A stretch of 64,000 nt of DNA from an uncultured delta proteobacterium (GTDB taxonomy: Bacteria > Desulfobacterota > Binatia > Binatales > Binataceae). Below, piece by piece: positions 29,355-41,241 of the stretch. Each line of letters starts with the position of its first letter. The stretch's first letter is position 1. A program made the position numbers and the translations under genes. The stretch is from NCBI GenBank assembly GCA_963842085.1, contig CAWJET010000001.1, positions 128,001 to 192,000 on the forward strand. The letters are read 5' to 3'. The notes beneath the pieces are model-generated. The model made no database searches and was not told where the DNA came from. It saw only the letters and a program-made list of their open reading frames with translations.

Positions 29355-30092
29355 ATGACTAAGGTTCTGATTCTTGGCGCCACCAGCCCGATCGCACGCG
29401 CGCTCGCGCTTCGGTTCGCGTCGGACGGAGCGCGATTGTATTTGGCCGCCCGCAACGCCGACGAGGCGCGGCGCGTCGCCGAGGACATCAGCGTTCGTGC
29501 GGGAGTGCCCGCGCTTTCCGGGACCTTCGACGCGTCGGACTTCGCCTCGCACGACGAGTTCGTCCGTCATGCGGCGGGCCGGCTCGGCGGACTCGACGGC
29601 ATCGTCGTATGCTTCGGCACGCTCGGTGACGAGGACACCGCCCAGACCGATCCCGGCGAGGCGCTCGCCACGATACATCAGAACTTCACCGGCGCGGTGT
29701 CGTTGATCACGCTCGCGGCGCGCCATCTCGAACAGCAGCGCTCCGGCTTTATCATCGTGATCGGATCCGTCGCCGGCGAGCGCGGCCGCGCGCGCAATTA
29801 CGTGTACGGCTCGGCCAAGGGTGCGCTCGCGCTGTTTGCGCAGGGCCTGCGCGGGCGGCTGGCCGCCAGCGGCGTGCATGTGATGACGGTAAAGCTCGGC
29901 ACGGTGGATACGCGAATGACCTGGGGACGCGACGGCGCGCTGCTGACGATTGCGCCGGCCAAGGCCGCCGACCTGATCTACGCGGCGTATCGCAAGCGCG
30001 CGGAGGTCGTGTATGTGCCGTGGTTCTGGCGCTTGATCATGGGCGCTATCCGGCTGATCCCGGAAAGCCGCTTCAAACGCCTGAGCTTCTAG
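29355..30092 (+). CDS. SDR oxidoreductase, DprE2-like
   Basis: ILGATS.IA, SVAGERGRARNYVYGSAK, V.TRMT; adjacent to the DprE1-like gene. Confidence 0.9.
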   Translation: MTKVLILGATSPIARALALRFASDGARLYLAARNADEARRVAEDISVRAGVPALSGTFDASDFASHDEFVRHAAGRLGGLDGIVVCFGTLGDEDTAQTDPGEALATIHQNFTGAVSLITLAARHLEQQRSGFIIVIGSVAGERGRARNYVYGSAKGALALFAQGLRGRLAASGVHVMTVKLGTVDTRMTWGRDGALLTIAPAKAADLIYAAYRKRAEVVYVPWFWRLIMGAIRLIPESRFKRLSF

Positions 30093-30208
30093 GCAGGGGT
30101 GACGCCCGCACCCGGTGTCCAGAAAGGCAGCGCTGGTGTTTTTGCGCACGCAATGCGCAAAAATACTCGACGGTGGAAAAATTTCCCGGAAGAAGTCGAA
30201 AACACAAA

Positions 30209-31534
30209 ATGAAAGTAAAGCTTGAAGTTGTCGCTGCGGTCGCGCTTGCGGTTCTGTCGCTTGGAGGCTCGCCATGCGCGGGCGTGAATCCGGGCGATAC
30301 GATCACCAGCGAGCAGGCCGGCAAGGTCGCGGACCTGGTGAGTCCGGGAAATCTGGTCCTGGTGAAACAGGGCATGACGATGAAGATCGTGCCGACCGAG
30401 CGGCTGGATTGGCCGCCGCCGTACAAGGCCGCGACGGAGAAATATTCGGCGCAGGTGCAGCTCGCGCCGGATGGCACGCTGAAGAATTACAAGGCGGGGC
30501 TGCCGTTCCCGCTGGTCGATGCGAACGATCCGCAGGCGGCACTGAAGGTGATGTGGAATTTCAGCTACCGGCCGCTATACACCGACGACGCGGTGTCGAA
30601 GAATGTCGAAATCGCGAGCTACCGGCCGGGCTCGACGCCGGCCGACCCGGTCGAGCACTTCACGATCGGCAACGTGGGATTTTACAACAACACCGGGCGC
30701 ACCGAGGTTCAGCCGATACCCACAAATCCAGAGGCGACGACGGCGGGAATCCGGTACCGGTTCGGCGCGTATCCGTTTCTCGAGCCCTCGGAGATGCGGG
30801 GCTTCGGATTTATCCGCTACCGCAGCCTCGATCCGAAGATCGAGGACAACAGCTGGATGTACAACACGCGTACGCGGCATGTGAACCGGGCTTCCGCCAA
30901 CGAACTCTCGGATGTCCTTGGGATGTACGAACCCGGCGCGGTCAGCGCGGGCGGGGGCGCCGCCACCTACGCGAGCAATCTCGATCCCGATTCGTTCTTT
31001 GGCTTCGCGGCGAAGATCGAGGATTTCAACTACAAGTTCCTCGGCGAAAAGCCGATGCTCGCCGTTGTGAATGCCGAGAACTCTCCGGCCAGGGCTTGCC
31101 CGACCGACGGCGGACGAACGATCTGCCCCGAAAACTGGGAAATGCGCCGGCTCTATGTTATCGAGGCGGACGCGAAACAGACTTCGATGCTGGGCAGCAG
31201 CGTGTCGATTCCGAAGCGGCTCTTTTACATCGACTCGGAAGGTTGGTTCATCACTGCGTCAGACCAGTACGATCGTGACGGCAAACTGTGGAAGACGATC
31301 GCGACCTTTAACGCGTACCGCGACCGGCCGGTCCCGGACGCGCGGGTCGCGATCTGGCCGTTCAAGCGGATGTTCCAGACCGCGCTGGTCGATGAAGACG
31401 TTACCACCGGCTTCTCGACCGTGGTGCTGTCGCCCGGAGTTGAGAGCGACGAGCACGAAAGCTGGTACATCAACATGGGAATCGCGACGGACAATTTTTT
31501 CAATCCGACGACGATGGCCAACGCCGCCCACTGA
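30209..31534 (+). CDS. DUF1329 family exported protein
   Basis: Signal peptide, PGDTIT, GLPFP..D.NDPQA..K.MWN, WEMR, KR.FYID.E, YDRDGKLWK. Confidence 0.88.
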   Translation: MKVKLEVVAAVALAVLSLGGSPCAGVNPGDTITSEQAGKVADLVSPGNLVLVKQGMTMKIVPTERLDWPPPYKAATEKYSAQVQLAPDGTLKNYKAGLPFPLVDANDPQAALKVMWNFSYRPLYTDDAVSKNVEIASYRPGSTPADPVEHFTIGNVGFYNNTGRTEVQPIPTNPEATTAGIRYRFGAYPFLEPSEMRGFGFIRYRSLDPKIEDNSWMYNTRTRHVNRASANELSDVLGMYEPGAVSAGGGAATYASNLDPDSFFGFAAKIEDFNYKFLGEKPMLAVVNAENSPARACPTDGGRTICPENWEMRRLYVIEADAKQTSMLGSSVSIPKRLFYIDSEGWFITASDQYDRDGKLWKTIATFNAYRDRPVPDARVAIWPFKRMFQTALVDEDVTTGFSTVVLSPGVESDEHESWYINMGIATDNFFNPTTMANAAH

Positions 31535-31680
31535 CCAGGGCTGAGCCCTGGACCCAATGTTGAAACTGCTCACGGCTTGCGTTTGGGCTGGCGACGTTGT
31601 CGCCATTCCGCGTTGGCTTTGCCCGCATCATTGCGTGAACTATAAATGACGAATCTCGTGCGCATGCGGAGTGAACATCG

Positions 31681-32853
31681 ATGTCGAATCGTCTCGAAGG
31701 AATCCAGAAACTGACCTTCACCGGCGCTGTCGATGCCGACGGGCACATCCTCGAGGACGCCGGCCTATGGGACCGCTATATCGAAGCGAAGTACAAGGAC
31801 CGCGCCGTCAGAGTTCGCACGGACGCCAGGGGCCTCGAATACCTCGAAGTCGCGGGACGCCCGTCGAAGATCTTCAGCGGCGGCCGGCTCGCTGGACTCT
31901 CCGCGATGGGGACCACGCGGGACGACAAGTTCGAGGGCCCGCCCACCTACGGCGGGATGGCTCCCTACGGCGCGATGGACGCGAAAGAACGGCTGAAGCG
32001 AATCGAAGCCGAAGGCCTCGCCGCCGCATTCCTCTATCCCACCATGAGCCTTTTGTGGGAAACCGAGACCGAAGACCCCGAACTCGCGCAAGCATGCACG
32101 CGCGCCTACAACCGGTACATCGTGGACTTCTGCTCTGGGAGCGGCGGCAAGCTGATCCCGATCGCGCACCTGTCGCTCGGCGATCCGGCCGCGGCCGCAG
32201 TCGAGCTCGAACGCGCGGTCAAGGCGGGATGCAAGGGCGGATGGGTCGCGCAATTCGTGATGACGCGCAAGCCGCATGCGCATCCCGATCACGACGTGCT
32301 GTTCGCCAAGGCGCAGGAGCTGGACGTGCCGATCGGGATTCATCCGTCGCTCGAGCCGGTGTGGGCGGCGCCGGGTCGTTACGACCGCGAGTTCATGCGC
32401 GGGAATTATTACTTCCTGAACATCGTCGCGGCCGACGCGATTCGTCATGCGTTCACCAGCTTCTTCCAGTACGGCACCTTCGACAAATTCCCGAAGATGC
32501 GGCTGGTGCTGCTGGAAGCGGGCGCGGGATGGATCGACTACTGGCTGGGCCGCCTCGACGCGGTCTATGCGAGCGCGATGGGCCGCACGGTGCCGCTCAA
32601 GGAGAAGCCGAGCTTCTACTTCAATCGCAACTGCTGGATCTCGGCGGACCCCGACGAGCGCTCGCTGCCCGCGATGGTCGAGCTGTGCGGCGCCGACAAA
32701 TTTTTCTGGGCGTCGGATTTTCCGCATCCCGATCACGTCGGCAACTACATCGAGGAAGTCGAGGAGCTGGCGCACAAGCTGCCGGCGGCCGCACGCTCAA
32801 AGGTGATGGGCGAGAACGTGATGAAGGTGTACAAGTGCGCGCTGCCGGATTGA
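31681..32853 (+). CDS. Amidohydrolase family (Amidohydro_2)
   Basis: DADGHILE, LYPT, RAYN, IH, LEAGAGW, WASDFPHPD. Confidence 0.92.
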   Translation: MSNRLEGIQKLTFTGAVDADGHILEDAGLWDRYIEAKYKDRAVRVRTDARGLEYLEVAGRPSKIFSGGRLAGLSAMGTTRDDKFEGPPTYGGMAPYGAMDAKERLKRIEAEGLAAAFLYPTMSLLWETETEDPELAQACTRAYNRYIVDFCSGSGGKLIPIAHLSLGDPAAAAVELERAVKAGCKGGWVAQFVMTRKPHAHPDHDVLFAKAQELDVPIGIHPSLEPVWAAPGRYDREFMRGNYYFLNIVAADAIRHAFTSFFQYGTFDKFPKMRLVLLEAGAGWIDYWLGRLDAVYASAMGRTVPLKEKPSFYFNRNCWISADPDERSLPAMVELCGADKFFWASDFPHPDHVGNYIEEVEELAHKLPAAARSKVMGENVMKVYKCALPD

Positions 32854-32900
32854 ACTCATAGCCGCTGCTTGATGGCGGCGCTGCCTGTGGAGCGGCAGGT

Positions 32901-33353
32901 GTGAAACGAGTGCTCATCATTGCAGCGATCGTGGTCGGCGTCTGCGTCGCTTACGTCCTCGCACACCTGGCCTTGATCGAAGTTGGGCGAGAGGTCGTAG
33001 TCGTTTATGAGCCGACTCCAACTGGAGCGGTCCGCAAGGCGCGGCTCTGGATCGTCGACGAAGGACCCTATTCCTGGATTCACCCGGGCAATGCCAACGC
33101 TCGGTGGTGGATTCAGCACATGGACGCGAACCCGATGGTCGAGGTCTATCGACACGGCGAAACCCACCGGTACCGCGCGACACCTGACCCAAACGCGCAC
33201 GCGAGGGTCCATCAGCTACTGCGCGAGAAATACGGCGTGGCCGATAGGTGGGTTCGTTTCCTCGCAGGCACCGACACTCAGGCGGGTCTTCTCACCGGCG
33301 AAAAGTGCAAGACGGTCCCGATCCGACTCGAACGCGTAGCTGATGCGCCGTAG
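32901..33353 (+). CDS. Split-barrel deazaflavin/nitroreductase-like (DUF2255/DUF385-like) membrane-anchored protein
   Basis: RLWIVD, W...M.ANP.VEV, REKYG..D. Confidence 0.6.
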   Translation: MKRVLIIAAIVVGVCVAYVLAHLALIEVGREVVVVYEPTPTGAVRKARLWIVDEGPYSWIHPGNANARWWIQHMDANPMVEVYRHGETHRYRATPDPNAHARVHQLLREKYGVADRWVRFLAGTDTQAGLLTGEKCKTVPIRLERVADAP

Positions 33354-33479
33354 GAACTATATTGGGCGCTGTAGCGACGTCGAGACGCTGCGGCGGAGCG
33401 CGCTTAGCTTTCCCGGTGTCGAGGAAGGGACCTCGTACGGCACCGCGGGCCTTCGTCATTCGCTGGTCAGGTTGGCCGC

Positions 33480-34478
33480 CTAGCTCACGGTCCAGGTGTC
33501 GCCCCGGCTCAGCAGCGTCTTCAGGTCGCCGGCGCCCTGCTTCGCCTTCGCGTCCGCGAGCTGCTTGTTGACTGCGGCGTCGTAGGTCGGCCGCGACGTC
33601 GCGTAGAACACGCCCACCGGAGTCGGCAGCGGCGGCTCGAAGTTGCCGAGCATGAACGCCAGCGAGAGGTTGGTCTCGTCGTGCACGACGAGGTCCTTCT
33701 CCGTGACGCTCGCGCCGAGGTGCACCGCTTCGGGGCGCATGCCGTTTATCCTGATTCCCATGTCGCGATTCTTGCCGAAGACGAGCGGTTTGCCGTGCTC
33801 GAGAACGAGCTGATGCTCCGCCTTGAGCGCTTTGTCGCTGACGTCGTTGAACGCGCCGTCGTTGAAGATGTTGCAGTTCTGCAGAATCTCGACGAACGAC
33901 GAGCCGCGATGCGCATGCGCGCGCTTGAGCATCTCGCCGAGATGCTTCTGCTCGACGTCGATGGTGCGCGCGACGAAAGTCGCATGCGTGCCGAGCGCCA
34001 CCGTGATCGGATTGAACGGAAAATCAACCGAACCGGCCGGTGTGGACTTGGTGATCTTGCCCACCTCTGAAGTCGGCGAGTACTGGCCCTTGGTGAGTCC
34101 GTAGATTCGATTGTTGAAGAGCAGAATCTTCATGTCGACGTTGCGCCGGAGCACGTGGATCAGGTGATTGCCGCCGATCGACAACCCGTCGCCGTCGCCC
34201 GTGACGACCCACACGTCTAGATCGGGCCGCGAAATCTTGAGCCCCGTCGCGAATGCGGGCGCGCGGCCATGAATCGTGTGGAAGCCGTACGTGTTCATGT
34301 AATACGGAAACCGGCTCGAGCATCCGATCCCCGAGATGAAGACCGTGTTTTCGGGCGCGATGCCGAACTCGGGCATCGTCTTTTGCACGGCGGCCAGAAT
34401 CGCGTAGTCACCGCATCCGGGGCACCAGCGCACTTCCTGGTCGGAGACGAAATCCTTGCGGCTAAGCACAGTTGCCAT
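33480..34478 (-). CDS. korB: 2-oxoacid:ferredoxin oxidoreductase beta subunit
   Basis: WCPGCGD, SGIGCSSR, HGRA, GDGDGLSIGGNH, YGLTKGQYSPT. Confidence 0.95.
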   Translation of the reverse strand: MATVLSRKDFVSDQEVRWCPGCGDYAILAAVQKTMPEFGIAPENTVFISGIGCSSRFPYYMNTYGFHTIHGRAPAFATGLKISRPDLDVWVVTGDGDGLSIGGNHLIHVLRRNVDMKILLFNNRIYGLTKGQYSPTSEVGKITKSTPAGSVDFPFNPITVALGTHATFVARTIDVEQKHLGEMLKRAHAHRGSSFVEILQNCNIFNDGAFNDVSDKALKAEHQLVLEHGKPLVFGKNRDMGIRINGMRPEAVHLGASVTEKDLVVHDETNLSLAFMLGNFEPPLPTPVGVFYATSRPTYDAAVNKQLADAKAKQGAGDLKTLLSRGDTWTVS

Positions 34479-34484
34479 TTTCGA

Positions 34485-36380
34485 TCAGCCCTCCAGGGCC
34501 CGGTTGATGCGATTTTCGATCTCGCTGACTTTGAACGGACGGCCCTGGATCTTGTTGAACCCGAAGGCGTCGATCAGGTAATCGGCGCGCACCAGCTTGA
34601 GCAGTTGTCCCATGTTCATTTCGGCGATCATCACCTGCTTGAAACGCTTGAGCGTCTCGCCCAGGTCGCGCGGGAGCGGATTCAGATAGCGCAGATGCAC
34701 GTGCGAAACCTTCTTGCCGTTTTCGCGCACGCGCTTGACGGCCTCGCGAATCGAGCCGTAGGTCGAACCCCATCCGAGCACGACCAGGTCGCCGCCGGCG
34801 GCATCGCCGAAGACTTCGGTCGGCGGAATCTCGCGCGCGATGCCCGCAATCTTGCGCGCCCGCGTCCGCACCATCAGCTCGTTGTTGGCCGGCGAGTAGC
34901 TCACGTTGCCGGTCAGGTTCTCGCTCGACAGTCCGCCGACGCGATGTTCGAGACCCTTGGTGCCCGGTATCGCCCACGGCCGCGACAGCGTTTCCGCGTC
35001 GCGGCTATAGGGCATGAAGCCTTCCGGATTGGTCGCGAACTCAACCTTGATCGGCGCCAGCTTGTCCGCATCGGGCAGCAGCCACGGCTCCGCGCCGTTG
35101 GCCAACTGGCCGTCGGTCAGCAGGATAACCGGCGTCATGTACTTGACGGCGATTCGCACCGCTTCGTACGCGCAATCGAAGCAGTCCGCCGGCGTAGACG
35201 CCGCGATAATCGGAATCGGCGACTCGCCATGCCGTCCGTACATCGACTGCAGCAAATCGGCCTGTTCGGGCTTGGTCGGCATTCCGGTGGACGGTCCCGC
35301 GCGCTGAATGTCGGTGATCACTAACGGCAGCTCGACCTTTACCGCGAGCCCAACCGCCTCGGCCTTCAGGTTCATGCCGGGGCCCGAAGTCGTGGTGATT
35401 GCGATGGCTCCGCCGAAAGACGCGCCGATTGCGGCGCACACGCCGGCTATCTCATCCTCGGCCTGGAAGGTGTAAACCGGGAAATTCTTGTAACTCGAGA
35501 GTTCGTGCAGTACATCGCTGGCGGGCGTGATCGGATACGAGCCCAGGAACAGCGGACGTCCCGCCTTTACGGCAGCCGCCACGAATCCCAGCGCAGTCGC
35601 GCTATTGCCCGTAATATTGCGATACAGCCCCGGCGCGATTCGCGCCGCCGGCACTTCGTACGAGCTCGTGAACATTTCGGTGGTCTCGCCGTAGTTGTAC
35701 CCGGCCTTCAGCACGCGAATGTTCGCCTCGAGTATCTCGGGCGTTTTCTTGAAACGGCTCTCGAGGTACGAAAGCGTGCTCTCGATCGGCCGCTGATACA
35801 GCCACGACAGCATCCCCAGCACGAACATGTTGCGGCATCGGAATACCGCGCGATTGTTCAAACCCATCCCGTGCACGGCCAGCGACGTAAGCTTGGTCAC
35901 GTCGACTTCGAGCACCTGGAATTTGTCCAGCGAATGGTCGGTCAACGGGTTGCCCTTGTAACCGGCGCGCTTGATGTTGGCTTCGGTGAACGCCTCGCGA
36001 TCCACGATTATGACGGCGTTGGGCGGGACATCATCGATGTTCGCGCGGAGCGCCGCGGGATTCATTGCCACCAGCACGTTGGGCTCGTCGCCGGCGGTGA
36101 AGATCTCGTTGCTTGAAAAATTCAGCTGAAATCCGCTGACCCCGGCCAGGGTTCCCTGCGGCGCGCGGATTTCAGCGGGAAAGTCGGGCAATGTTGCGAT
36201 ATCGTTCCCGGCCAGCGCCGATTCGGCCGTGAACTGCATCCCCGTCAACTGCATCCCGTCGCCCGAGTCGCCAGCGAACCGGATAACGATGTGATCGCGC
36301 TTCAGATGCGGCTTGAGCGCGGACGCGGCGGAAGCGTGCGACTCGGCGGCTTGCCCAGCCGCCTCAGGTGGTACAGCCAT
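34485..36380 (-). CDS. korA: 2-oxoacid:ferredoxin oxidoreductase alpha subunit
   Basis: FAGDSGDGMQLTG, YPITPAS, QAEDEIA, TTTSGPG, QRAGPSTGMPTK. Confidence 0.95.
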   Translation of the reverse strand: MAVPPEAAGQAAESHASAASALKPHLKRDHIVIRFAGDSGDGMQLTGMQFTAESALAGNDIATLPDFPAEIRAPQGTLAGVSGFQLNFSSNEIFTAGDEPNVLVAMNPAALRANIDDVPPNAVIIVDREAFTEANIKRAGYKGNPLTDHSLDKFQVLEVDVTKLTSLAVHGMGLNNRAVFRCRNMFVLGMLSWLYQRPIESTLSYLESRFKKTPEILEANIRVLKAGYNYGETTEMFTSSYEVPAARIAPGLYRNITGNSATALGFVAAAVKAGRPLFLGSYPITPASDVLHELSSYKNFPVYTFQAEDEIAGVCAAIGASFGGAIAITTTSGPGMNLKAEAVGLAVKVELPLVITDIQRAGPSTGMPTKPEQADLLQSMYGRHGESPIPIIAASTPADCFDCAYEAVRIAVKYMTPVILLTDGQLANGAEPWLLPDADKLAPIKVEFATNPEGFMPYSRDAETLSRPWAIPGTKGLEHRVGGLSSENLTGNVSYSPANNELMVRTRARKIAGIAREIPPTEVFGDAAGGDLVVLGWGSTYGSIREAVKRVRENGKKVSHVHLRYLNPLPRDLGETLKRFKQVMIAEMNMGQLLKLVRADYLIDAFGFNKIQGRPFKVSEIENRINRALEG

Positions 36381-36521
36381 CTCAGTCCAATCTCCTTGTG
36401 GTTAGAGCCTGATCGAAAAGCTACTCCGATAACTCGAAGCCCTGCAAATACTCGAACACGCGGACTTGAAGCATAGCTAATCTAACCGAGCCATTAAAGG
36501 GCCGCCTTTTCGAGCATCGGA

Positions 36522-38860
<2,339 letters not shown>

Positions 38861-38904
38861 TTACCGAACAAGGAACCGGTGGGCTAGGAGCTTGGACCTT
38901 AGTG

Positions 38905-39333
38905 CTGTCATTCTGAAGCTGTCTCTTGCGCGGAGCGCCGAGATACAGCGGTAGAATCCCGGTGCTGTTCTCTCACTCCTCCTCGCTTAAGTCCTTCCAC
39001 TGAGGATTCATCGATTCGATCAATTCGATCTTTCTCGAACGGAGCATGATCTTGATCTGCTTCTCGCGCGCGATCGCTTCGTTGATATCGCCGAACTCTT
39101 TGTAGTAGGCGAGACGCGTCACCTTGTAACGGGCGGTGAAGGAGCCAGGCTTCTTTTCCTTGTGTTCGAAGACGCGGCGTTCGAGGTTGTTGGTCACCCC
39201 TGCGTACAGAGTACGAGAGGGACTGCTCATGATGTACACGTAATAGGTTCGATCGCCCATATTGTAGCAGTCAAAGATCGGGATTCTACCGGTCAAGTCA
39301 GCGCGAGCGCTTGCTTGACCTTCAGAATGACAG
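38905..39333. mobile_element. GIY-YIG gene enclosed by bipartite inverted REP-like repeats (family B)
   Basis: Perfect IR pairs: ctgtcattctgaag 38905-38918 / cttcagaatgacag 39320-39333, and cggtagaatcccg 38949-38961 / cgggattctaccg 39279-39291. Confidence 0.7.
38973..39260 (-). CDS. Stand-alone GIY-YIG nuclease
   Basis: YYVYIM....TLY.GVTNNLERRV.EH, FTARY.V..L.Y, AIAREKQIK...R..K..LIE..NP.W.DL. Confidence 0.93.
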   Translation of the reverse strand: MGDRTYYVYIMSSPSRTLYAGVTNNLERRVFEHKEKKPGSFTARYKVTRLAYYKEFGDINEAIAREKQIKIMLRSRKIELIESMNPQWKDLSEEE

Positions 39334-39381
39334 ACTCAGAGACGAATGACAGACGTCCAACCGAGACGCTGCTGCCAAGCC

Positions 39382-40083
39382 CTAACGGCGCGGGTAGCCC
39401 ATCGCGTCGAGAAAGTCGTCGAGCGTCGGAAATCGCATGTACATGTTGTGACGCTTCTGCTCGCCGATCGTCGTGCTCGATTCCGACGAGTACGCGTGCC
39501 CCGGATACACCACCGTCGCGTCATCGAGATTGCGCAACGTGTCGTTCAGGCTGTGATACATCGCCTCGGGATCCGAGCCGGGCAGGTCAACGCGCCCGCA
39601 CGAGTTCACGAACAGCGTGTCGCCGGAAATCAGGTTGCCCTCGACCAGGAAGCATTGCGAGCCCGGCGTATGCCCGGGCGTGTGGAGGAACTTCACTTGA
39701 AGCTCGCCGACGCGCACCGTGTCGCCCGCATCGACCTTGACCAGGTCGGAGTCCGCCAATCCCGCGACCTGCTTCACCCCTTCGGCCTCATGCTTGTTCA
39801 CGTAGACTTTGGCCTTCACATGTTCGAGCATCTTGGCGGCGCCCTCGATATTCTGGCCCATCATGCGCCCGCCGAGGTGATCGGGGTGGTAGTGCGTCAG
39901 CAAAATTTTGTCGATCTGGTAGCCCTCCGACTCCGCGAATTTTCGGATCGCCTCGACGTCCCACGCGGGGTCGACGACCGCCAGCTTGTGCGTTGCCGGA
40001 TCGCCGATCAGGTACACGAAATTCGCCATCGGGCCGAGCTGCGCCTGTCGCAGATAAATTTTCCTTTCACTGGTATCAGCCAT
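39382..40083 (-). CDS. MBL-fold metallo-hydrolase (glyoxalase II / persulfide dioxygenase-like)
   Basis: NFVYLIGD, VDP, THYHPDH, HTPGHTPGS, GDTLF...CGR.DL, YPGH.Y. Confidence 0.9.
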   Translation of the reverse strand: MADTSERKIYLRQAQLGPMANFVYLIGDPATHKLAVVDPAWDVEAIRKFAESEGYQIDKILLTHYHPDHLGGRMMGQNIEGAAKMLEHVKAKVYVNKHEAEGVKQVAGLADSDLVKVDAGDTVRVGELQVKFLHTPGHTPGSQCFLVEGNLISGDTLFVNSCGRVDLPGSDPEAMYHSLNDTLRNLDDATVVYPGHAYSSESSTTIGEQKRHNMYMRFPTLDDFLDAMGYPRR

Positions 40084-40099
40084 CGCCAGGTTTCTCCGC

Positions 40100-40756
40100 T
40101 CAGGATTTCGCGCCGCGACCCGCCTTGCTCTTTGCTGCGCGGGCGGTCTTCTCTTCCTCTTCGATCCGCAGCGCCCGGTCCCACAGAAATTCGGGCTCGC
40201 CGAGCCGCTTCGCGACCCATCGCGACTGCACGAACAGATGATCGCTCAGCCGGTTTACATAGATGATGAGATTGTCGTTGACGTCCTCCTCGCGCTTCAG
40301 GCGCCAGCACACGCGCTCCGCACGCCGGCAGACCGTGCGCGCCTGATGCAGGAACGCGTTGAGCACGCCGCCGCCGGGCAAGGTGAAGGACTTCAGCGGC
40401 TCGAGCTCCTTCTCCATCGCGTCCATCTCGGCTTCGAGCTTCTTGATCTCGCCGGCGCCCATCTTGTGCATCTGCGGATATTCGCCGTCGGGCGGCGTCG
40501 CGAGCTGACTGCCCACGTCGAACAACTCGTTCTGTATCCGCCGCAACGTCTCCGAATAGGCTTCGAAGCCGGCACCGAGCCCGTCGCGGCAATCCGGCAG
40601 GTAGGTGCGAACGATTCCGACGATCGAATTCAGCTCGTCGATCGTGCCGTAGGCCTCCAGCCGCGCGCTCTCCTTGGGCACGCGCTGGCCGCCGACCAGG
40701 GCAGTATTGCCCTTGTCTCCAGTGCGCGTATAGATGCGGGTCAGGCGTATCGCCAT
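40100..40756 (-). CDS. pduO: PduO-type cob(I)alamin adenosyltransferase
   Basis: RIYTRTGDKG.T, YGTIDELNS, IQNELFDVG, F.LPGG, ARTVCRRAER, NRLSD.LF. Confidence 0.93.
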   Translation of the reverse strand: MAIRLTRIYTRTGDKGNTALVGGQRVPKESARLEAYGTIDELNSIVGIVRTYLPDCRDGLGAGFEAYSETLRRIQNELFDVGSQLATPPDGEYPQMHKMGAGEIKKLEAEMDAMEKELEPLKSFTLPGGGVLNAFLHQARTVCRRAERVCWRLKREEDVNDNLIIYVNRLSDHLFVQSRWVAKRLGEPEFLWDRALRIEEEEKTARAAKSKAGRGAKS

Positions 40757-41196
40757 CACACCCCCGCCTTGGCTTTCTGCGCCGCGTAGGCGGCGTCGCC
40801 GAGGTCGGTAGTCACCGGCAGTCCCGCGTCCTTCCATCCCGCGACGATTACCTTGCCCGACGCGTCGCGCTGGCCGCCAAAGCCGCTGACCACGTTGGTC
40901 AGGTCGGTGAATCCCGCCTCTTCGAGCATGTCGCACGCGCGCTGCGAACGTACGCCCGCCATGCATCCGACGACGAGCTTCCTGCCTTTTGGAATTACCT
41001 TTTCGGCAACCTCGACAAAGTCGAGATTCAACTGCATCTGTCCCGGACCCTTCGCCACCATCACCGGGATATTGATCGCGCCGGCTGGGTGTCCGGCTGC
41101 AAATTCTCCTTCGGTGCGCACGTCGAGGTAGAGCGCGTCGGGATTCTGCTTGAGCGTTTCGTATGCTTCGGGTGGTACTTGTTGTTTTATCGCCAT
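40756..41196 (-). CDS. Rhodanese-like protein
   Basis: LDVRT..EF..GHP.GA.NIP, VGCMAGVRS, GF. Confidence 0.92.
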   Translation of the reverse strand: MAIKQQVPPEAYETLKQNPDALYLDVRTEGEFAAGHPAGAINIPVMVAKGPGQMQLNLDFVEVAEKVIPKGRKLVVGCMAGVRSQRACDMLEEAGFTDLTNVVSGFGGQRDASGKVIVAGWKDAGLPVTTDLGDAAYAAQKAKAGV

Positions 41197-41241
41197 CGCA
41201 AAGTCTTCCTCCGTTGTAGCTGTCGAGACTCTATCAGATCT

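Noticed and set aside
27909-30275. 788-aa antisense ORF and similar long shadow ORFs (e.g. 55925..58000, 14332..15156)
   Set aside because: Opposite-strand shadows of real high-GC genes.
40756-41196. Second selenoprotein rhodanese
   Set aside because: Ordinary CMAGVRS active loop; the TGA is the natural C-terminal stop overlapping the pduO start.
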